Source: Trichinella spiralis (taxonomy: Eukaryota). Taken from it: 64,000 nucleotides of DNA. The notes under the pieces were generated by a model. The model worked only from the letters and a program-made list of their open reading frames with translations. It made no database searches and was not told where the DNA came from. Below, in pieces: positions 23,801-36,267 of this stretch. The DNA lies in assembly GCF_000181795.1 (NCBI RefSeq), contig NW_003526943.1, positions 3,933,228 through 3,997,227 of the forward strand. Reading direction: 5' to 3'. A program made the position numbers and the translations under genes. Within the stretch, counting starts at the first letter, position 1; the number at the start of each line of letters is the position of its first letter.

Positions 23801-26648
23801 GAAATTTATAAAACAGCTAATGGACTTTTAAAATACTCTGCAAAATAAAATTATCAAAACAACGAACAATATAGCCCATTTGAATTGTAGGCTAATTTTA
23901 TTAGGCTTCAATCAAAATTAATCAAACCTGCAACTATAACTGTAGCTAGTCCTTTTTACTTTCTTGTGAGCGTGCAAAATGTGGTAAATGCAAAATTCAG
24001 CTACCTGATGGTGGTATTTAAAGTGAAAATATACGTGTGATTTTTGTGCATTTTTTATGCATCTTTCTGAAAACTAGTCATGTAGCGTCAGTCTGCTTTG
24101 AAAGATAACAAAGCAGATCTTGTATTGATGTCACTAATGAAAGCAAAAAATGTATATTTCTAAATGTGTTTACAGTTGCTTTCTGATTAATTTGTTTTGC
24201 CTTGCAAAATGAATAAAAGATGCTTCCAAAGGAACTTTCATTTCAAAAATTTTATAATTATCAAATGGTATAAGTCAGCTAAAAAAGTAACAGCTTTTAA
24301 AAGTATATATATAACTCTGATGAAAAAATAACATGAATTTTGCAAAGAGCATGAGTATATTTTTCCACAGGATGAACATTTTATCCATATGGTTCCAGTG
24401 AATAAAAATTCTCTTTTTTATGATTTAATCCAAAAAATTAAAAATGCATGCATGCAAGCAATGCCCATGCCATTACATTATCTCGAATTTTTCATCCACC
24501 TCTAATGTCTTTTATTTGTGATTAAGTCAGATGTTTTTAAATGCAGTAACTTTACTTTAAAATTTAAACCTGACATTTCAATAGATCATCATGGTGGATA
24601 ATACACACTTAACTGCAAATAATGTACATTTAAACTTTCAGAGTATGCAAAAATTTTACGACTAATTTAAAACGACGTTAAGTTGGAAAGCTTTAGCTTA
24701 ACTACTTTGGATTTTTTTAAAACACGTTTGAAATTGCATTTGAGATTATTCATACGTAAACATACATAAAACTATATTGGTTTTTCTACTTTAAATTTTT
24801 TTTGCATTTTTAAATGATGATTAATCATGATCACTGAAATTTTTTTCAATCAATGCAAAAACGTAGCAGCTGATTGAAATATGAACCTTTTTCATTGTAA
24901 GAAATTTTACTGCCAGTTCTAAAAATCAAACAATCTTTGTCATTGTCAGAAACTGCTAACATCTTATCTATCTAATCAGTAAATTACTGAACATGGGTGT
25001 TTTTCAAATTCAACAAACAGAAATCTTAGAAAAATATTTTTGAAATTAAAAAAAATATTTTTTATAATTTAACTTTAAAATATGTTTTTATGTTTCAATT
25101 CTCATTACTTAAATTCTTTATTATTATGTATTATTACTATTACATCACAGTTTATTCTTAAATTTTAAAATTTTTCAAAAAATAATTGTTAAGCTATTGA
25201 GTTATTAATGAAGTTAAGTTTTTAGTCTATATTGTAAATAAAGTGTTGTTTGCAATCACTTTATTGCCTCACTGTGATACTGTTTTGAAGTTACGATCTT
25301 ACCTGCATATCAACAATTTTTAAAAATAAAAAAATGAGCATACTTGAAAGTGATATTTAAATGAAAGATGAAGCATATTTAAATTTTATTATTCTTGTTT
25401 TATTTTTATTATTTCAAAAATTGTAAAAGTAGCAACAAAAACGTGACTGTGGCACAATTTTTGAAAAAATTCTCGTCTTGCATTTCAGGTCATGGCCTTT
25501 GAAAACTTTTCTGTTGCTGATATGGCCCCTGATGAAGTTTCTAACGCTTTTTTAACGTCAGTTCAATCTTATAAAAATTTAATCAATCTGTATCAGAATA
25601 AAAATGCTGCAAGTTTAAGCTTAAAAAATATATTTAAAAGTTCACCGCAATTTTATTTACCAATTTCAAAGCACGTGATTGAAAGAAATTTGTCACTCTT
25701 CTCAGCGATTCAAAATCATAATACTCATAATGTGCCGCTAATTTATGAAAACTTTTTTAAAAGGTTATTCATGCTTTATAATTATGCTGTTACTTTTATT
25801 TTCATTTAAAATTATCAAGATGCTGGATTAATGTAAGACCTGCCTAATAAACTTTTGAAATGATAGCATTAAGCATTTTATAAACGATAGTTCTTTTGAA
25901 TTTTTTTTTGAACAATTTGCAATGAATTATATATTTGTTTTTATCAGTATGCATTTTAACAGATAGAACTATATCAAATGAATTTGTTTTGATTTTCTAT
26001 TAAAAAAGTTTTTTCTATAACAATATAAATGCCAAATTTATAAGAAGTATATTTAATTTCAGTTTAATTTTCTTAGTTGTTTAAATGTTTAAAGATTTGC
26101 TAGAAAAATAAGCTGGATTTATTATTTCCTCAACAGTGCGCCAACTTTGTTCATTTTTAAATTCTGCTTACTAACAGTGAACTTAATATTGACTTTCATT
26201 TTATTAATTTGACTTCATTTCAGCAAAGCAGTTTGTAATCTTCAATTTATATTTGATTTATGCATATTGTATTGCATTTGTGTCCACTGTTACTGAAATA
26301 AGATAATTATTGATTAAACAGTTTTATTTACAAAGATTACGTTTTATGATAACATATTAAAAATAGCAAACTGCAGTGATAAGACTAAATATAATAGATT
26401 AATTATAATTATCATTTATTAGCATCATGTTTTATTTACAATTTTTACAATTGCTCATGTTTTGAATTTTCAAACACAAAATATGTACATATTTATATTT
26501 CTCTAGCATTACATTTTGTGGTTTTAAATGGATTTTAAATTAATATATCTTTGGATGAAAAATGTACCATAATAAAACAAAACTTATGATTTGAGATAAC
26601 ACACAATGAAGCAAAGCAGTACAAAGTAAGTTTTATTTAAAAAAAACA

Positions 26649-28355
26649 TTAAAATAACTGCTGCGTAAAGTCGGGTAATAAAGTAATCTTTTGATGCAAT
26701 ATTGTGTGGACAATTTTGTGCATTTCCGCTTTGCTGAAGTCGAAGTCTAAGTCAACCCAAATAGCTCCTGGTGTGTGAACAAGATTAACATTCTTCAAAT
26801 GGAACATCTCAAAAGCTGGCAAAGCAAAACCCCTTTTCAAGAGATGGTTCAGTTTCTCTTCGATCACACTACGAGATATTTCATTCAACATCTCCATCAT
26901 CAAATCACCCAGTTCAATAATACCAACTGGGGAAATTTCCAATACTGGGATTTTTGCTTGACCAAAAACATGATCTGACTTACTGTATAGCTTAAAGTTT
27001 GCTTCCATTTTTGCATTGGCAGTGAAAATGGAAATTTTTTCTTTTTCACCTTGAATACGTATTTCTAACAAGCCTACCAATTTCAACTTGATATTCTCTG
27101 ACTGAAAGTTAACCAGTGGAACTTTCAACGTAGAAAAGTAAATTTCCAACGAGTGATCTGGATATTCTTCAGCTACATTTGGCAAAAATGTTCCAAAACA
27201 AAAACCATCACATGTAGTTTGCAGAAAACTTTTCATATCAGGAAGCATCTGCGAATTCAACGTCACATTCAACGCACCAATTTCGAATAAACTGTTCACA
27301 AATCCGCTGGCTACATATTCACTGAGTCCAATATAAAGCATCTTGTTTCCAGTCAGTTGTTTTGTTGGTATAAATTTTGCTTTTACATTGCTGCTTGCTT
27401 TGCCGTTGATCAGCACGTCACCTTTCAAGCCACTTTGCAGGTACAACACGCTGCCGCTGGATTTGACCACCGGATTTCCAACCAGACCAGTATCGACAGC
27501 TATTTGACTGAATGCTTTGTCAAAGTGATTCACCAAAGCGTCGCTTTGGTCACCTTTGCCAGCAAAATATTTTCTACTGGACTTATTCCAAATTGACATC
27601 TTGTTCGAATGTGCTTGAAAATAGTTGGAAACTTCTTTTGGAATTCGTTCTCGCAGAAAATCGCATAATCTGCTGTTGACGAATATTTTTAATTGGTTTT
27701 TGATCACGGATCGAGCAATATTGGAAAAGATGCGCAAACCTTTCACCTCGTCGACCAAAGTCACCACTTTGCGCATTGCAAACTGGCAATCGCCGACTTG
27801 CAAATTCAAATTTCCTTCACTATCAGACGAAAGCGACAAGCCAATGTTGAACCCAACGTTGGAAGCAAAAACGCTGAACGTCGCCTGACGCAGGCCAATC
27901 ATATTCGAGGATACTGTAATTCGTAATGAGAAATCCAAATTTCGAACTTTCACTTTCAGTTGATCATTTAAATTTGGCTGCAACTCAACCGTGAAAGTTT
28001 CAGGAGAATGAAACGAAACCACACGTAGTTCTTCAACTTCAAAAGTGTGAATTAAAAGCACAGCACTCGGCAAGTGGTGTATCGAAAAATTTGGAAGTTC
28101 TTCGTTCAAAACTTTGTCAAGCGTTTGGACAATTTGGTTCAAGCCTGACGATGTTAGCTGCACCAATATGCCCGGCTGACGGTGGACTTGCTGTTGAATT
28201 GGTTGGTTGACGTTGTTGAACATCATCTGAGATTGTTCAAATCTTGCGATTATCGGCAACTGTTCCCAACGACGAAGAAATCGAAATGACGACACCAGTG
28301 GTACTAGCAACCATAATAATAATCTTAATTTTGTCGCTTTCTTTTTCATCATCAT
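26649..28355 (-). CDS. Secreted BPI/LBP/CETP-family (TULIP) lipid-binding protein, single-exon CDS
   Basis: 568-aa uninterrupted ORF with a signal peptide, PGILVQLTSSGLNQI (BPI N-domain start), C-x-...-C pair, KMLYIGLSEYV, FLQTTCDGFCFGTFLPNVAEEYP (nematode BPI2 motif) and LNHLLKRGFALP. Confidence 0.9.
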   Translation of the reverse strand: MMMKKKATKLRLLLWLLVPLVSSFRFLRRWEQLPIIARFEQSQMMFNNVNQPIQQQVHRQPGILVQLTSSGLNQIVQTLDKVLNEELPNFSIHHLPSAVLLIHTFEVEELRVVSFHSPETFTVELQPNLNDQLKVKVRNLDFSLRITVSSNMIGLRQATFSVFASNVGFNIGLSLSSDSEGNLNLQVGDCQFAMRKVVTLVDEVKGLRIFSNIARSVIKNQLKIFVNSRLCDFLRERIPKEVSNYFQAHSNKMSIWNKSSRKYFAGKGDQSDALVNHFDKAFSQIAVDTGLVGNPVVKSSGSVLYLQSGLKGDVLINGKASSNVKAKFIPTKQLTGNKMLYIGLSEYVASGFVNSLFEIGALNVTLNSQMLPDMKSFLQTTCDGFCFGTFLPNVAEEYPDHSLEIYFSTLKVPLVNFQSENIKLKLVGLLEIRIQGEKEKISIFTANAKMEANFKLYSKSDHVFGQAKIPVLEISPVGIIELGDLMMEMLNEISRSVIEEKLNHLLKRGFALPAFEMFHLKNVNLVHTPGAIWVDLDFDFSKAEMHKIVHTILHQKITLLPDFTQQLF

Positions 28356-29610
28356 TGATATTAGTTAAACAAATTGGTTGAACAAAAAATTACTTGATTT
28401 CGACACCGCTTTCTAACAAAATAAAGAAACAGAAATAACAAATGCATAATAACACTATGTACGTAATATAGATAAAAATTTTTCTACTTTTTTAAACTCA
28501 AACAACCTTGATCAACTTGTAATAAACAAGGAAAATTATATTACTCACCAAAGTAAGCATAAAAACTGAAAGTTCAAATTAATATAAAATATTATTTCCT
28601 TGTCAAAAAAATGTCAATTAAACGATTAAGTGTAATAAATATTGATTATTTTATTAATTATTATTGGTTGACTATTTAAAAAAAAGCATTATTTTACAGT
28701 AACCTTGTAATGTCTTCTTTTTAAAACAAGCAGTAATTTCCAAAGTTCAATACAGCATTTATACATATTATAAAGTTTTTCTTACAAGACTTACTCTACT
28801 GAAACTTAAGGAAATACTAAACATAAATTTTTCTACTTTTAAATATAGTTTTATTAACTTATTCATTATGCTTAGTATATTTTGCCATTAAGAATTTGAA
28901 GGATAAAAAGTTATCAGAAAACAGCTACAACACAACAAATTATAAAAAAATATTTTTGCATGAATATATTTATAAATGTCAAAATGCATGCATTATAAAT
29001 TAAATAAGTGTAATTTATCAATATACGTCTGGTTGTTTTAAACACGGCATGCGTAGAAATGTATTGCTTATAAGAAGGATTAGCAAAAAATAATGTTCAT
29101 CTTACCTTACGTAATCAGTAAGATTTTCCTGTTCATTTGAAACAGTGATTCTTGAAAAAAAATATTTAATGTTTTCAATGGTACAGATGGGTTTTCAACA
29201 TGCTTCAAAGAAACTTTTTGAAATGTAATGCTTGAGGTTTTACTTAAGTAAAAAATGAAATCTTTTGCTCTCTTTTCTGGACTAGTTTACAGAAAGTAAA
29301 CCTGCTTATTCTTTTTTATATCTGTGCTTTATGAGGAACTTTATACAATGGATGGAAAATGAAACTTGATTGACCAGATGGCCATTCAACAAATTACAGC
29401 TTCCATGCTGAGCGCGCAGATTCATATGCAGACAAACAAACAAAGCATTATTTATCAATGGGAAAAATATTATCCATAGCATTTTATTTGCGTGAAAACA
29501 AATAAAGGTAATGAAACCAAATATTGACAGCATGTTTAACGAAAAACATAAAATAAAAAAAAGAAGACATTATTGGTGAAAATTTTACGATGCAACAATA
29601 AAATGGCAAA

Positions 29611-29636
29611 TATATATATATATATATATATATATA
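29611..29636. repeat. (TA)13 microsatellite
   Basis: Perfect TA dinucleotide run. Confidence 0.95.
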
Positions 29637-30297
29637 GATATGTATGTATCTATAAAGGTTGAGTTATGTGGTAAAAAAAACTTTTAAAAATCAGCAGATG
29701 TTTGACATTTGAATTTATAATTTAATAATAAATGAGTGCACGTTTTCTAAATCATACCGACTGAATTATTAAATGTTCATTGGGATTGTGCAGTTTCAGT
29801 TGGCCTAATCAAAAAGACACAGCAGTGATTGTGAACTTATTTTTAACTTATTTTCCAGATTGAAGTGTCGAATGAAAAGCGTGTTTTCTTAGCACTTTTG
29901 CAAGGACGTCAGAAATTTTGGAAAATTGTTCAATTTAAACGGCCCATTTTTGCCCAAGCCCCGTCTACTGATAAGATGGGGCGCTTGTTTTCAAGTGGAA
30001 TATTGAACACATCGGCATGTACTAGTTTCTGATCACCACTGTCACACGTTGTATGCTTCATGTCAATTGTTGAACAGAACAAATGATGCATTGCATACAA
30101 GTGTGAAAATTTTCTAATCTTACAAAAAACATACATCCACATATCTTTTTTATTTTAATTTTTATCAATAATTATAACTGTTCGTTCTTAATTCTCAAAT
30201 TGCTAAATCGAACAAACAAATTGAAAAACAAGCAATATACTATTATAAAATTTTACTTCGTTTGAAACACACCAGAGAATGTTCCAAATAATTTAAA

Positions 30298-30777
30298 TTA
30301 CCAAAAACGATCATTTTGCATCATCATCTTATTCAATTCTTCATCATCTTTGTACTTTTCTTCTTCTGGTAATTCATCTTCAATATCTGGACTGTAGTAC
30401 ACTTGAAGGGTATGGCGTACGGTAATTTTCGGTGGATATTTCCAAAAATGCGATGCATTTCCCTCAGTTATTCCAGGAGGTACGACAGCAAAATGAATTG
30501 ACATAATGTCGTCACTAGGAATCCATGCAGGCTGTATCAGTTTTCTCAATTGCACGTTTGCAACTGTTATCGCATTTGCTTCGACTATTCCGTACGGTGG
30601 TACAATGGACAGTTGATTAGGGCGAGGTGAGCAAAATTTGTAGGCAACTTTGTAGTTGGATTCATTAGCCAATTGAATTTCCGTATACCTGTCTCGTTTG
30701 TAAGACGGCTCAATAAGGACACCCTTCACTGATAATTTAACTGCAGACAAAATTTTACGTTCATCATATTCGTCCAT
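30298..30777 (-). CDS. Major sperm protein (MSP)-domain protein with acidic C-terminal tail, intronless
   Basis: IEPS...IQLANESNYKVAYKF.S.RPNQLSIVPPYGIVE...V.VQL...D.MSI is the MSP/VAP fold pattern (L.N......A(F/Y)K.....P....V.P..G.I). Confidence 0.8.
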   Translation of the reverse strand: MDEYDERKILSAVKLSVKGVLIEPSYKRDRYTEIQLANESNYKVAYKFCSPRPNQLSIVPPYGIVEANAITVANVQLRKLIQPAWIPSDDIMSIHFAVVPPGITEGNASHFWKYPPKITVRHTLQVYYSPDIEDELPEEEKYKDDEELNKMMMQNDRFW

Positions 30778-31091
30778 GCTTTTTCAAACACTTTCAATAT
30801 CCAATACGTTTGAGGAGCTAAGAAAAAATTTGAAATCATTTTATTTCTCCAATACATAGAAATAGGTTAAAATAAATTTCACGTTTTAAACAATGTTTAG
30901 CATTTGCATATTTTAAAGAATTCTGATATTATTGCCTATTTTCTCAACTGCATATGAACTTGTGCATATACTTCTATATATACATATACATATACATATA
31001 TATATGAGAGTATAAGCATATAGAATATATATACTTCTTATATATCAAACAACTGTTAAAATTGCTCGCGCAATATCCTTACTGAGACCTT

Positions 31092-31274
31092 TGTTGAGTT
31101 ACATTCAAGATCTTTACTAACAATCAACTAACAACAACACACTTGCAATAGCTGACACAAACACAAACTGATTACTACTCACAATTGTCTCTGGAGTTCT
31201 GTCGAGCTCATAGTATCTCTTAATAGACAGTCATGTGCAATTCTCATTTATCTCAAAATATACATTGTATAACA
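31092..31274. mobile_element. Possible solo-LTR-like fragment
   Basis: 183 bp bounded by TGTT...AACA, with LTR-like composition and a poly(A)-signal-like AGTAAA near the minus-strand end. No target-site duplication visible. Confidence 0.3.
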
Positions 31275-32916
31275 TGCGCTACATTTACAATGTGTGATTT
31301 TCTGATACGATGAATACTTATTCAACTGCCTTCAAAATTTGGCCAAGTAGACAAGACGCAAATTTTTCAGACTGATGTTGTTAAAATTTTCACAATACCG
31401 TAATCTAGATAAAATTTTATCACAAAGTGTAAAATGCTGTTACCGACTTATCTGAGTAGGTACCTCCAATTCACAATTCTATATTTAATTTGGCGGCAAT
31501 TCGTAATGACCTAATTACGTCGATCGTTACGAACTCTCTATTAGTTCGTTCGGGTAGCCAAGAGATGCTTCTCTCACGTCGTTCAACAGAGAATTGTTCG
31601 TCGAGCGCGTTAATTGAATGCAAATTATGAGGTGGATCTTTTTATTCTTGTAAAGCGCAAACACAATACGATATCTCAACACTCAATGGCAATCTCACTC
31701 TATTTTTTTCACTACTTACTTACTGTAACTATACGTGATGATCAAGTTTTCAACTATTGTCTGTAACAAATGCTTTGAATTGAAAATGTTTCCACTCAAT
31801 GATTGTAGTTGTAAAATCATCATAACTGGGCAAACAGTCAGAGCTGCGCTGCACATTGATCATGTTCATTTTATCTCTGGTTATTGTTGTACAAGTTAGT
31901 GACAGGAACTTAGCAACTCAGTTCATAAGATGCTGTTATTGCTTTGACTGCGATCTGGAATTTACAGCTCAAAATCTTTTTTTTATCATTTTTAACGCTG
32001 GAAGCACATTTTGATTGACATTTTACTAAGTTTCATTTGCGTATAAATCTTGGATAATTTTTAAAGTGTTTTAAGAATGTATTCATTGAATCAAAATTTC
32101 TACTCTGCAGCATCAGTGAATTTAACTAATATTTTCACAAATACAGAGGTAGCATTTATTCAGAAGAACAAAAATATTGTTAATTTACAATTTATACTTG
32201 AAAGTCATCTTAAAGAAAATTTACAATTAATTGTGATTATTGTTTAAATTTGTTTTGGATAACTGGATTGAGAGGATAATTTTATAAAATTAAATTCAGA
32301 ACATTGGAAACTAAATGAAACAGACTTTTCAAACTTTAGTCAGTTGTAGATCTGTATCACTAATGGACAACGGATGAAAAAAACACATGTATTATCTCTG
32401 AGTAAAAGTCTCACTTGTAAGCACGTTCTTTATATGAGTTTTTTATTTATTTCGGTGAATGATTATATCATTATTTCAGAGTGCAGCTAGTTGGTGAGCT
32501 TTCGACCAGAGGAGAGTGTTTCTTTGTTTGTGTGTCTAGCACAAATCGAGAAACGCAACCGACCTCAAAGATAAGTGGTATGACATCAGCTAATATTGAT
32601 TACGCTTATGCTGACCTCGCTGATCCATAAAATCTAAGAATTTATAGTAAGTGGCATATCATATTCCGTATCGTTTGTATCAGACAGTTACTGCAAAAAC
32701 ATAAATTGAAAATTTAAAAAGCTGTATGAAGTAATGTTGCGAAATATTAAATTTTAACTGTTAATTTTAATATAACAATTAAAAGTTTTAAGCATCTGAA
32801 AACAAACATTTGGCTACAAACAAGCATGAAATATTTGATAACCTTATTTTTTTTATATACAGTAGGAACAAAGTACCATGTTCACATTGTAAGTTTTCAT
32901 TGATTTATACTGGAGT

Positions 32917-34953
32917 ATGCCTAGTAAGTATTTTTTTTTGCTAATACATTTATGAATAAAGAAATCTGCGTATTTACAATTCCCATTCTTAGAATTTGTT
33001 TTAATATTTGCTCTTTCTGCTTTTATGTCAACTTTTAACTAAATCAGTATTTGTGTATTTATTTGAAGTAAATATTAGTTGAAATTATGTTCTCTTTTTA
33101 TAAAGCAGATTTTGCTTCAGAAGTGTATTTGTAAAATTTTACTAATTGATAGATAGTCATTTTTATGCGGTTTGTTTTGGTTACTTCAAATGCATTTTCG
33201 GTTCAGTTTTCTGCATTTAGTTTTCGTTTTTTGATTTCTGATTTTTTAAATTAAAACTGTATTTATTTGAATATTTCAGTTAATTTATGCATTTATTTAT
33301 GAGAACCGTTTTATGCACATGTTGTTTGCAGAGTATTGCAAACTGATTTATCAGTTGAATTGATAGTTAATTGTATGTAACAGTAACGTGAGAAAACTGT
33401 TGTTTTAATGATTAAAATTATTGATTTATCATTGTTTTTGATTTGGCATTTTAGGACCGCGTAAATCTGCAAAAGCAACTGCCAAAGTTGAAACTGTTAA
33501 AGTTCCACCAGATACTTCATGGGTAACGCAGTGATTGTTTATTTTATCGACGTTTCATTTGTATTTTAATTGTTTAATATTTATATTGCTTCATAATAAT
33601 TATTGTAATAGACTGAGAAGCCTGTGGAAGTGAAGGAGACCAAGAATTTGAAACCTGAAACACAGGAAAATTCCGGCAACGTGAATTTCGGCGAATGTAC
33701 TGATACGTAAGTACATCCATAATTTTTATTCTCTTTCACTAATCTTAATGGGCACTACCCGCTGATTTATATAAGTATATCGTAATTGCACTTACTCTCA
33801 TAATATCTAATGTTAATTCAATACCTGATCTGAAATAGTTATCTTTTAGTTGGTGTCTGTAATTAAAATAATTTATTTTAATTGAATTCCTTTAAAGCTT
33901 TTAAAGTCTTTATTTTCTTTAACTATAATATGTGTGATGTGTAAGAGAAGTACTTTTCATAATTTTATTCTGTAGTGTTTCTTCGACATTGCCATGTGAA
34001 GAAGAATGTCCTGCAAAACCAACTACTACTGTCAAAGTTTCGGAATCAAGTAAAAATATGTTGACTGAAAAAGTTCGTCATCCAAGGGTATAATTACATA
34101 TTCTTATTAAGAAATTGCACTTTACAAAAGTTTTAATCTGTAATGTACAATTTTTTAAATTCACATCATTTATGTAAAAACTTTTTACGTTTACATTAAA
34201 ACGAACTTTTTTATTTTTAAGATTGTTTGGTCCGAAGCAGGAAGTGAAAAGACGAAGTAATTTTTTTACTGATTGTTCTTTGTTTTTTTAAATTAAAATT
34301 TGTTTTATTAAGAGAAGACACCCAATCAGTTTTGGAAAAACGAATTAAAAGATTCCGAATGGAAAACGTAAGCAATTCCAACACGTTTGCCGCTCCTGCT
34401 ACTACCGTTGAAACGAAAAAAGTATATTTCTTCAATTTGATGATTATATGCATGTATTTAATTTTTAAAATGAAATGTTTTTAGGTTTCAGAAGATGATG
34501 AAAAATTGAGAAAACGAGCTGAACGATTTAAAGTCAATTATACGGTATGTTGGTTAATTTTTTGAAATTGTATATAAATAATTTTAATGTGATTAAGTTT
34601 GCCACATTCGAAGACATAAAGAAATGTACTGTTTTGTTTTGTTTTTAGTGATTAGTTTTTTAATATAAAATCATCTTTATGTTAATGATATTAACGCAGT
34701 AGTTATTTTTAAATTGTGCATTAACGAATTTCATAAATAGAATTGTTTTTTGAGTGGTAATATTTTCTGTGATAGTAACGTGTATTATTTTTTAATTCAC
34801 TTTGTAGATTCATAATATAGAAAAACTGAAATGAATGCAATTTGTTTATTTGTTTAGAGTCCAGTGCACAGTAGAAGCGTGAAGACTGCTATAGATAATT
34901 TGGGCGATGAATTTACTAGGAAGGTGAATCGAATGGTTCGATTTAATACGTGA
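32917..34953 (+). CDS. SARNP/Tho1/MOS11-like protein (C-terminal RxxRF motifs, no SAP domain found), 8 exons
   Basis: Phase-consistent GT-AG exon chain: MP|RPRKSAKATAKVETVKVPPDTSW|TEKPVEV...|...VRHPR|IVWSEAGSEKT|KEDTQSVLEKRIKRFRMEN...|VSEDDEKLRKRAERFKVNYT|SPVHS...FTRKVNRMVRFNT*. SEDDEKLRKRAERF closely resembles recalled SARNP SEDDEKLKKRKERF. Missed by the ORF track because the exons are short. Confidence 0.72.
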
Positions 34954-35653
34954 ATGTTGTTATTGATAAGGTGGTTACAGCGTTTTAGCATTATCTGTCA
35001 AAGTATTCGGAATTGAGAATTTCAGCTTTGCATTATTACTATTATGAATCACTTTCATTCTTACGCTGCTGTCAAATCAGTAGTGTACTGGCACACATAC
35101 ACACTCAAAATTACAGTTAGTAAATGATGTTCATGAATACTTTGTCATACTGTAATTTTTAAGTTCCATCTCGTAATTGCAAAAAAACATTCAGTTGTCA
35201 GCATGTTATTCATTTTGAAGAAAAACTGAAGTATTTTATTTATTAAAATATGAATACAATAAATACATATTTGTTAATTTGATGTTTTTCGTCTATAGTA
35301 ATAATAATAATACAATAAAATATCGTCGTTTTTGGTGGCTGTTGTTTAAATCATTTATTGATCTTTTATTGTAGTTTGCCAATATATTTATATATGAATG
35401 TAAAAATTAAAGTAAAAAATGGTAAGCTAACGCAGAAAGAAATTTTCCAAGCAAATCTGCCTGATTGATGCAAATGAATGCAAGTAGTTTTGGAAAATGA
35501 TATATTTTTTGTTGTTTGCTCGAATTGTTATGAATTATTTAAAAAATTCATCACTTTATATTTGTTTACTTGGATGTCTAAATGAAAATCAGTTGCAGTT
35601 GTATTTATTATTAATTTAATAAGTGTGGAAAAACGAGACAGCCAATGCGCATC

Positions 35654-35668
35654 CACGTGATCACGTGA
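35654..35668. promoter_or_regulatory. Tandem E-boxes (CACGTG x2)
   Basis: CCACGTGATCACGTGA about 200 bp upstream of the 35863 ATG. Confidence 0.35.
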
Positions 35669-35862
35669 AGTTTTCAAAACAGCTGGCTTGTGAAAACAGC
35701 CTCGCGGCTCTTCATGGCTTGCTTTTCCCTCTGAGTTCCCTTTTTCCATTTCATAAACTTCATTTTCTTTTGTCTACTTCAACGTTGTATATATATACAC
35801 ATATTTGTTGAGTATTTTCAAGTTTCGTCGTCACTCTGGTTTGGAAGCACTTTCTCATTGAG

Positions 35863-36267
35863 ATGAAGCTTTTCACAAACGAATCCTTCTCCGCTCTTTC
35901 GTGGGCATTGTTCAGCGTTGCATTTCTGCTAATAGCTGCAATTACGTTATTTGCTTTGCTGTATTTGATACAACACACGGAAAAAAAAGTTGAAGACAAA
36001 AAATTAGCTTCAACAAAGCGCAAATTGCAGAATGACTCCAAGCCGCTGGAAGAGGTAAAAGAAATAGAAGAAGAGGAAGAAGAAGAAGAAGATGAGGAGG
36101 TGTTGGAGGAGAATAAACCCAGTTTTTTGAGAAAACGAAAATTTCAGATTGTCCAATCAATTTCCGGACCAATTACAAATCAGCCTACCATTTTGACTTC
36201 TTCAAATGATTCTGCCAAAGAAAAAGCCAGAGAAGTGATCAAAAATGCACTTCAAACTGTTGTATAA
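35863..36267 (+). CDS. Small single-pass membrane protein with an acidic (poly-Glu) tract, unknown function
   Basis: 134-aa ATG ORF with an N-terminal hydrophobic helix, a basic segment and EEEEEEEEDEE; coding-like purine bias. Confidence 0.65.
   Translation: MKLFTNESFSALSWALFSVAFLLIAAITLFALLYLIQHTEKKVEDKKLASTKRKLQNDSKPLEEVKEIEEEEEEEEDEEVLEENKPSFLRKRKFQIVQSISGPITNQPTILTSSNDSAKEKAREVIKNALQTVV

Noticed and set aside
25492..25809. 105-aa ATG ORF
   Set aside because: No family similarity, no supporting exons, and AT-biased residue content.
26775..27926. Several plus-strand and alternative-frame ORFs inside the BPI gene
   Set aside because: Antisense or shadow frames of a real CDS.
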